Positions 57,612-64,000 of a DNA stretch of 64,000 nucleotides are shown here, in pieces. A program made the translations under genes and the position numbers. The stretch is from Gemmatimonadota bacterium (GTDB lineage Bacteria > Gemmatimonadota > Gemmatimonadetes > Palauibacterales > Palauibacteraceae): contig OZ220691.1 of the NCBI GenBank assembly GCA_965116475.1, forward strand, positions 2,944,001 through 3,008,000. The letters are read 5' to 3'. Each line of letters begins with the position of its first letter. Positions within the stretch are counted from its first letter, which is position 1. The notes under the pieces are model-generated. The model had not been told where the DNA came from. It did not search any database and worked only from the letters and a program-made list of their open reading frames with translations.

Positions 57612-58829
57612 TTGAACACTCCGTCTTCTTCGCGTCGCTCGACGATCTCCGTCGACATCGGCGGCGTCCGGGTGGGCAGCGCCCATCCCATCGTCGTCCA
57701 GTCGATGACGAACACCGATACGGCGGATGTGGCGGCCACCGCGGACCAGGTCCGGGCACTCCACGAGGCGGGCTCGGAAATCGTCCGCATTACCGTGAAT
57801 ACGCCGGGGGCCGCCCGGGCGGTGCCGCGGATCGCGGAACATCTGTCCAGGCAGGGCATCGAAGTGCCGCTCGTCGGCGACTTCCATTTCAACGGGCACA
57901 TTCTGCTGCCCGGCCATCCCGATTGCGCCGCCGCTCTCGCCAAGTTTCGCATCAACCCGGGCAACGTCGGCCGAAAGCGGCGCGATGAGCAGTTCGCGAC
58001 GATCGTCCGCTGCGCGATCGAGCACGACAAGCCCGTCCGCATCGGGGTCAACTGGGGCTCGCTCGACCAGATGCTGCTGACCCGGCTCATGGATGAGAAC
58101 GCGCGTCGCGCGGAACCGCTGGATGCGCACCGGGTCACCCTCGACGCGATCGTGGAGAGTGCGCTCGCCTCGGCCGAAGCCGCGGAAGGCCTGGGTCTCG
58201 GGGCCGACCGCATCGTGCTTAGCGCGAAGGTGTCGCGCGTGCCGGACCTGGTGACCGTGTACCGCGAACTCGCGTCCCGCTGCGAATACCCGCTGCACCT
58301 CGGCCTCACGGAAGCGGGGATGGGGCGGAAGGGCACCGTCGCGTCCTCGGCCGCCCTCGCCATCCTGCTCTCCGAGGGGATCGGCGATACGATCCGTGTG
58401 TCGTTAACGCCCGAACCCGGCGCCGACCGGACCGAGGAGGTCCGGATCGCGCAGCAACTGCTGCAGTCGCTCGAGTTGAGGAGTTTCAAGCCCCAGGTGA
58501 CGGCGTGCCCCGGCTGCGGACGGACGACGAGCACCTTCTTCCAGCAGTTGGCGCTCGATGTCGAAAGCCATATCGCCGATCGTCTGGCGGCCTGGCGGGA
58601 GCGCTATCCCGGCGTCGAGGATCTCTCCGTGGCCGTGATGGGGTGCGTGGTCAACGGGCCCGGCGAGTCGAAGCATGCGGACCTCGGCATCTCGCTGCCG
58701 GGGGTGGCCGAGGCGCCGACCGCGCCCGTCTACGTCGATGGCAAGCACCACTCGACGCTGCGCGGGGATGGGATCGTGGAGGAGTTCCTGCAGATTCTCG
58801 ACGGGTACGTCGAACGCCGCTTTTCCTGA
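57612..58829 (+). CDS. ispG: (E)-4-hydroxy-3-methylbut-2-enyl-diphosphate synthase
   Basis: [59 protein letters not shown]. Confidence 0.97.
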   Translation: MNTPSSSRRSTISVDIGGVRVGSAHPIVVQSMTNTDTADVAATADQVRALHEAGSEIVRITVNTPGAARAVPRIAEHLSRQGIEVPLVGDFHFNGHILLPGHPDCAAALAKFRINPGNVGRKRRDEQFATIVRCAIEHDKPVRIGVNWGSLDQMLLTRLMDENARRAEPLDAHRVTLDAIVESALASAEAAEGLGLGADRIVLSAKVSRVPDLVTVYRELASRCEYPLHLGLTEAGMGRKGTVASSAALAILLSEGIGDTIRVSLTPEPGADRTEEVRIAQQLLQSLELRSFKPQVTACPGCGRTTSTFFQQLALDVESHIADRLAAWRERYPGVEDLSVAVMGCVVNGPGESKHADLGISLPGVAEAPTAPVYVDGKHHSTLRGDGIVEEFLQILDGYVERRFS

Positions 58830-58844
58830 AGGCTGCGGGCAGGT

Positions 58845-58863
58845 CGCCCGCTGACGGCGGGTG
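58845..58863. terminator. GC-rich hairpin between convergent ispG and rpsU
   Basis: CGCCCGC-TGACG-GCGGGTG; no U tract. Confidence 0.3.
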
Positions 58864-58868
58864 TCAGG

Positions 58869-59069
58869 CTAGCGGCGGGCCTTCTGGCGACGACGCCGAC
58901 GACGCCGACGGCGTTCCGCCGCTTTCATCTTGCGACGCCGCGCCTCGCTCGGCTTCTCGTAGAACCGGTGCTTCTTGATATCCCGGAAGATCCCGGCTCG
59001 CTGAACCTTGCGGCGGAACTTCCGCAGCGCGCGATCGAGTTCTTCGTTGTCGCGTAACGTGTACTGCAA
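58869..59069 (-). CDS. rpsU: 30S ribosomal protein S21
   Basis: ALRKFRRKV, FYEKPSEARRRK; AGGAGG RBS, TTG start. Confidence 0.95.
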   Translation of the reverse strand: MQYTLRDNEELDRALRKFRRKVQRAGIFRDIKKHRFYEKPSEARRRKMKAAERRRRRRRRRQKARR

Positions 59070-59234
59070 GTGTAAGCCTCCTGGCAGGGCAACTCTGACG
59101 GCCTGCGAAGTTTAGCCGCCCGCGCGGCGGCCCGTCAAATATCCCGGCTGTCCCGCCCGGGCCCGCCCGCGGCCCGATCTTCGCACCGGTGGTGTCCAGG
59201 CGGCCGCACCCGCCGCGGAGATGGGGCGGGACGT

Positions 59235-59264
59235 TTGCATCGATGGCATGTTCAAGCCTATAGT
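59235..59264 (+). promoter_or_regulatory. candidate sigma70 promoter
   Basis: TTGCAT - 18 bp - TATAGT. Confidence 0.55.
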
Positions 59265-59280
59265 AGGTTCTGGAAGCCCG

Positions 59281-59347
59281 AGGACCGTGCGGCTGGGATG
59301 AAGGGGAATCGTGGAGATTGTCCGACCTTCCGGCGGCACGGTCTTTT
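59281..59347 (+). ncRNA. candidate structured leader or small RNA (long hairpin followed by U4)
   Basis: AGGACCGTGC pairs with GCACGGTCTT; inner GAAGG/CCTTC and AATC/GATT stems. Confidence 0.35.
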
Positions 59348-59386
59348 GCGTCTCTGGCTGCTACGTAAGACGTAAGGAGGCTGAAC

Positions 59387-59716
59387 ATGGCAGGTCTCGT
59401 CGCCATCTCATCCGACGGCACCCTCGAAGTTGAAGGTCACGCCTATCTGATCCCCGCCGAGTTCTCCGCCCGCGAAGTCTACAGTTACCGCCGCCTCATG
59501 GAGCCGATACCGGACATCCCCGGCGGAACGAGCCTCAACCCGGAACAGCGCCGCCGCCAGCGCGCTTACTTTCTCCGCCGTGCCGCCGCCTGTATCATCC
59601 CGGGCTTGCAGGTGAAATCCCTCGAGGGGCTTCCACTCGGCCAGCTGCAGCACATGCACGAGTGGATCGTAGCCCACCGACCCGATCTCTCGGAGGCCAG
59701 CCGGCTGCCTGGATAG
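59387..59716 (+). CDS. hypothetical protein (109 aa)
   Basis: TAAGGAGG RBS, typical codon usage. Confidence 0.7.
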   Translation: MAGLVAISSDGTLEVEGHAYLIPAEFSAREVYSYRRLMEPIPDIPGGTSLNPEQRRRQRAYFLRRAAACIIPGLQVKSLEGLPLGQLQHMHEWIVAHRPDLSEASRLPG

Positions 59717-59749
59717 GAACCGTGGCCTCCCACGCCGCTTGGGCCACGG

Positions 59750-61198
59750 ATGAGCGCAGGTTTCCGCAGAGCGAAGATCGTCAGCACGATCGGACCCGCC
59801 TCCTGGGATCCGGACGTGCTCCACGACCTGATTGAGGCCGGCACCGACGCAGCCCGCATCAACTTCACGCATACCCCCACGGATCGCGCGGCCGGCCTGG
59901 TCCGGAGAATCTCCGACATGGCACGCGATGTCGGCCGGCCGGTGGCGATCATCGGAGACCTGGGCGGACCGAAGATCCGGGTCGGCGATCTGCCCGGCGA
60001 CCAGCTCGATATCGAGCCCGAAGGCACGTACTGGTTCTTTCCCGAGGGCGAAGACGCTCCCGCCGGGAGCGCTCCGCACCGACGGATTCCCACCACCTAT
60101 CCGGAGCTGGCCGAGGAGGTCGCGCCCGGCAACCGGATTCTGCTCGACGATGGCCACTTCGAGTTCGCGGTCCGGGAAGTCTCCGATGACCCGCCGTGGG
60201 TCTCGGCCGTGGCGTTCAGTGCCGGGGTTCTCAAGTCGCAGAAGGGGATCAACCTCCCGGGCGTGCGGGTCGGGGCGCCGGCGCTGACCGAGAAGGACAT
60301 CGCGGACATCGAGTTCTCCGTCGAACAGGTCATCGACTACCTGGCGCTGAGCTTCGTACGGCAGCCGTCCGACCTCGAAACGACCCGCCAGAAGATGGAC
60401 CGGGGGTGCCTGCTCATCGCGAAGATCGAGAAGTCGCAGGCGCTGGAGAACCTCGGGGAGATCCTGCCTCTGAGCGACGCCGTCATGGTCGCGCGGGGCG
60501 ACCTCGGGGTGGAGCTGCCGTACGAGGAAGTGCCGATGATCCAGAAGCGGATCATTGGCCTGGCGCAGGAACGCGCGCGGCCGGTGATCACCGCGACGCA
60601 GATGCTGGAGTCGATGATCGAGAGCCCGCAGCCTACGCGGGCGGAGGTGTCGGACGTCGCGAACGCACTCCTCGACGGCACCGACGCGGTGATGTTATCG
60701 GCCGAGACCGCCGCGGGCGGGTATCCGGTACAGGCCGTCCTCACGATGGACCGGATCATCCGTCGTATCGAGCACGAGCGGCTGGGACGGACCGGGCGGG
60801 CGGGCAAACAGGTGGAGGGTTTCTCGAAGATCCAGCAGACCACGTCGGGAGCGATCGCGGCGTCGTCGCTCATCGCGGTCGAGCGCGTCGGCGCGCCGTT
60901 CATCGTGACGTTCACGCAGAGCGGCTATACGGCCCGCATCGTGTCGGCGCAGCGTCCCTCCGTCCCGATCCTGGCGATCACGGACCAGTGGCGGACGTAC
61001 AACCAGCTGGCGCTCGTGTGGGGCGTGCAGCCGATCCTGTTCCACGGCGGCATCAGCTATTCGAGCATGCTCGACAAGGCCCGGGATGTGGCGCTCGAAC
61101 TGGGCATGGGCGAGGCAGGGCAGCGTTTCGTGGTGACGGCCGGAGTCCCCTTCCACGTCCCCGGCACGACCAACATGATGCGCGTCGAAGAGTTGTGA
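59750..61198 (+). CDS. pyk: pyruvate kinase
   Basis: KIVSTIGPAS, DLGGPKIR, IAKIE, MVARGDLGVE, ATQMLESM, DAVMLSAETA. Confidence 0.97.
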   Translation: MSAGFRRAKIVSTIGPASWDPDVLHDLIEAGTDAARINFTHTPTDRAAGLVRRISDMARDVGRPVAIIGDLGGPKIRVGDLPGDQLDIEPEGTYWFFPEGEDAPAGSAPHRRIPTTYPELAEEVAPGNRILLDDGHFEFAVREVSDDPPWVSAVAFSAGVLKSQKGINLPGVRVGAPALTEKDIADIEFSVEQVIDYLALSFVRQPSDLETTRQKMDRGCLLIAKIEKSQALENLGEILPLSDAVMVARGDLGVELPYEEVPMIQKRIIGLAQERARPVITATQMLESMIESPQPTRAEVSDVANALLDGTDAVMLSAETAAGGYPVQAVLTMDRIIRRIEHERLGRTGRAGKQVEGFSKIQQTTSGAIAASSLIAVERVGAPFIVTFTQSGYTARIVSAQRPSVPILAITDQWRTYNQLALVWGVQPILFHGGISYSSMLDKARDVALELGMGEAGQRFVVTAGVPFHVPGTTNMMRVEEL

Positions 61199-61228
61199 TC
61201 CGACTCTTCCGCCACTGACGCCCGGCCC

Positions 61229-62002
61229 GTGAGAGTCCGTTTTCTCGGCACCGGCACTTCCTTCGGGGTTCCGGTGCTCGGCTGCGACTGCGCGACCTGC
61301 CGCTCGCCGGACCCCAGGGACCGGCGCACGCGTCACGGACTCCTCATCGAGACCGGCGGGACCCGTCTCCTGGTGGACACGCCGCCGGAACTTCGGCTTC
61401 AACTGCTGCGGGCCGGCGTCGAGCGGCTGGACGCCGTCTTTCTGTCGCACGAGCACGCGGACCATACGCACGGCATCGACGACCTCCGGGTCTTCTCGAT
61501 GCGGCAGGGCCGGCCCCTCCCCCTGTACGTGGCGCGCGAGTTCGATGCCGGGATCCGGAGGCGCTTCTCCTATATCTGGGGCGACGCCCGTCCCCAGCCG
61601 GGGTCCGCGGTGCCCCGACTCGATCTGACGCTCTTCGACGACCGCGACGTCATCGAGCCCGGCGGGCTCGCGCTGCGGGTCGTTGCGCTCCCGCACGGAG
61701 CGTACCGCAGCTACGGGTTCCGCTTCGGCGGTCTCGGGGTCCTGATCGACGCGAAGTCCGTGCCCGAGGACGCGATCGACGTGTTCGCGGGTGTCGACGT
61801 CCTCATCACGAACGCGCTCTGGTTCGGCGACCCGCACCCCGGACACTTCTCGATGGAGGAGGCCGTGGCGACGGCACGCCGACTCGGGGCGGGACGCACC
61901 TACATCACGCACATCGCGCACCGAACGAGACACGAGGAAATCGAGCGACGGCTCCCGGCAGGCGTGTCCCCCGCGTACGACGGACTGGTGGTGGAGCTGT
62001 GA
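61229..62002 (+). CDS. MBL-fold phosphodiesterase (PhnP/YycJ-like)
   Basis: [37 protein letters not shown]. Confidence 0.88.
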   Translation: MRVRFLGTGTSFGVPVLGCDCATCRSPDPRDRRTRHGLLIETGGTRLLVDTPPELRLQLLRAGVERLDAVFLSHEHADHTHGIDDLRVFSMRQGRPLPLYVAREFDAGIRRRFSYIWGDARPQPGSAVPRLDLTLFDDRDVIEPGGLALRVVALPHGAYRSYGFRFGGLGVLIDAKSVPEDAIDVFAGVDVLITNALWFGDPHPGHFSMEEAVATARRLGAGRTYITHIAHRTRHEEIERRLPAGVSPAYDGLVVEL

Positions 62003-63813
62003 CCGCGGCCCCGGGCACGGAGCGCATCCGGAACTTCTCCATCATCGCGCACATCGATCACGGGAAGTCGACGCTGGCCGACCGATTGCTCGAGCGTACC
62101 GGCGCGGTGGACGAGCGCCGGATGCGGAAGCAGGTGCTCGACTCGATGGAACTCGAGCGGGAACGCGGAATCACGATCAAGCTCAACGCGATTCGCATGG
62201 CCTACGGCTACCGGGACGGCGCCGAGTATCAGCTCAACCTCATCGACACCCCGGGGCACGTCGACTTCGCCTACGAAGTGAGCCGCAGTCTCGCCGCGTG
62301 CGAGGGGGCCCTCCTCGTCGTCGACGCCACGCAGGGCATCGAGGCGCAGACGCTCGCGAACCTCTTCCTCGCCCTGGAGGCGGACCTCGAGGTCGTCCCC
62401 GTCGTCAACAAGATCGATCTCCCGGCGGCCGACCCGGAACGCGTGGCGGCGGAGATATCGGAGTTGCTCGGTGTGGATCCCGCCTCGACGATCCATACCT
62501 CCGCCAAGGAAGGGGTGGGGGTCGACGCGGTTCTCGACGCCATCGTCGAGCGCGTCCCGGCCCCGCGCGGCGACCCCGAGGCGCCGCTGCGGGCGCTGAT
62601 CTTCGACTCGCAGTACGACCGCTACCGCGGAGCGATGCCCATGCTGCGCGTCGTGGACGGCGAACTGCGCGAAGGCATGCGCATCGGATTCGGGCGCCAC
62701 GAAGCGGTGTACGAGGTCGACGAGGTCGGCTTCATGCGTCTCGGCTTCGAGCGCACCGGCGCCCTCCGTTGCGGGGAGGTCGGGTACCTCACGGCCCAGA
62801 TCAAGAAGGTGGGCCATACGCGCGTCGGCGATACGGTGCTGGACGCGGGTGACCGCGCCGCGGAGGTCCTCCCCGGCTACCGGGAAGCGAAGCCGATGGT
62901 CTTCGCCGGCCTCTATCCGACGGACTCCGACCAGTTCGAGGAACTCCGCGAGGCGCTCGAGAAGCTCCAGTTGAACGACGCCAGCCTCCACTACGAGCCG
63001 GAGACATCGGGCGCGCTCGGCTTCGGGTTCCGGTGCGGCTTCCTGGGGCTCCTCCACCTGGAGATCGTACAGGAGAGACTGGACCGCGAGTTCGGCGTCG
63101 ACCTCATCACGACGCTGCCCAGCGTGGAGTACCAGGTGACGCTCACGAACGACGACGAGATCCAGCTCGAAAACCCGTCGAAGATGCCGGACCGCGTCCA
63201 TATCAGCGAAGTGCGGGAGCCCTTCGTCCGGGTTCGCGTCGTGTCGCCGGCCGACTACATCGGCGCGATCCAGAAGATCTGCCACGACCGGCGCGGGAAG
63301 TACGTCGACCTCCAGTACCTGGATCCCACCCGGGTCGAGATCTCGTATTCGATGCCCCTCGGCGAGATCGTGCTCGATTTCTACGATAAGCTGAAGTCCG
63401 TCTCTCGCGGGTACGCTTCGCTCGACTACGAAGTGACGGGCCACGAGCGTTCGGATCTGGTGAAGCTGGATATCCTCCTCAACGGGGCGGCCGTGGACGC
63501 GCTGAGCGTCATCGTGCACCGGAGCCGGGCCTACGACTTCGGGCAGAAGATGGCCCGCAAGCTCAAGGAACTCATCCCCCGGCAACTGTTCGACGTGGCG
63601 ATCCAGGCCGCGATCGGGCGGGACGTGATCGCGAGGACCACGGTGAAGGCGCTGCGCAAGAACGTGACCGCCAAGTGCTACGGAGGCGACATCACGAGAA
63701 AGCGAAAGCTGCTCGAGAAGCAGAGGGAGGGGAAGCGGCGCATGAAGCAGGTCGGAAGCGTCGAGATCCCCCAGGAGGCCTTTCTCGCCGTCCTGCAGGT
63801 CGAAAACGACTAG
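61999..63813 (+). CDS. lepA: elongation factor 4
   Basis: [64 protein letters not shown]. Confidence 0.98.
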   Translation: MTAAPGTERIRNFSIIAHIDHGKSTLADRLLERTGAVDERRMRKQVLDSMELERERGITIKLNAIRMAYGYRDGAEYQLNLIDTPGHVDFAYEVSRSLAACEGALLVVDATQGIEAQTLANLFLALEADLEVVPVVNKIDLPAADPERVAAEISELLGVDPASTIHTSAKEGVGVDAVLDAIVERVPAPRGDPEAPLRALIFDSQYDRYRGAMPMLRVVDGELREGMRIGFGRHEAVYEVDEVGFMRLGFERTGALRCGEVGYLTAQIKKVGHTRVGDTVLDAGDRAAEVLPGYREAKPMVFAGLYPTDSDQFEELREALEKLQLNDASLHYEPETSGALGFGFRCGFLGLLHLEIVQERLDREFGVDLITTLPSVEYQVTLTNDDEIQLENPSKMPDRVHISEVREPFVRVRVVSPADYIGAIQKICHDRRGKYVDLQYLDPTRVEISYSMPLGEIVLDFYDKLKSVSRGYASLDYEVTGHERSDLVKLDILLNGAAVDALSVIVHRSRAYDFGQKMARKLKELIPRQLFDVAIQAAIGRDVIARTTVKALRKNVTAKCYGGDITRKRKLLEKQREGKRRMKQVGSVEIPQEAFLAVLQVEND

Positions 63814-63878
63814 TGTTATGATGCTCCGAGGCGCGGTCGGCGGCGCGTAGTTCCACCAGCGAGATGCGGGTAGGGGAT

Positions 63879-64000
63879 GTGAGCGGAAGAAAGCACATCA
63901 TCGGTGTCGATCTGGGGGGGACCACGATCAACGTCGGCGCCGTCCCGGTGGACGGCGGCACCGTGCTCGGCATGCGTACCCTGCCCACGGATGCCCACAT
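63879..64000 (+). CDS. ROK-family kinase, 5' part
   Basis: My own translation MSGRKHIIGVDLGGTTINVG, open to the window edge. Confidence 0.75.
   Translation, partial: MSGRKHIIGVDLGGTTINVGAVPVDGGTVLGMRTLPTDAH

Noticed and set aside
1..64000. CRISPR arrays, tRNA/rRNA genes, IS elements, prophage genes
   Set aside because: No spaced repeats, cloverleafs, transposase, integrase or phage structural motifs seen by eye; a covariance-model scan was not possible

Overview
This is a high-GC, gene-dense bacterial chromosomal segment. Gene content and style suggest Gemmatimonadota; that is an inference, not a search result. Most of it is housekeeping or metabolic: acnA, ccmE-F-G-H, peptidases, asnB, a molybdo-hydroxylase S-L-M catabolic cluster with a CoA ligase, cyclase, amidase and M20 hydrolase, two sodium:solute symporters, DtxR and Fur regulators, cobB, coaE, speB, nth, a murQ-anmK-nagZ-symporter recycling operon, nrdJ, ispG, rpsU, pyk, lepA and a partial ROK gene. 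I saw no rRNA, tRNA, CRISPR array, transposase or integrase. The main oddity is a 1.4-kb integrase-less cassette at the 3' end of asnB, bounded by a 186-bp direct repeat of the asnB 3' end (11 mismatches, 9 synonymous). It carries a small secreted 4-Cys protein and a beta-propeller lipoprotein behind a candidate promoter with a G14 tract in its spacer, and is followed by a decayed choice-of-anchor B paralog. Other points of interest: recurrent 9-18 bp tandem duplications on gene junctions, a MurQ with a DinB-like C-terminal domain, two apparent CTG starts in CTGA overlaps, NrdR boxes plus a DnaA-box-like cluster before nrdJ, and a structured leader before a small unknown gene.
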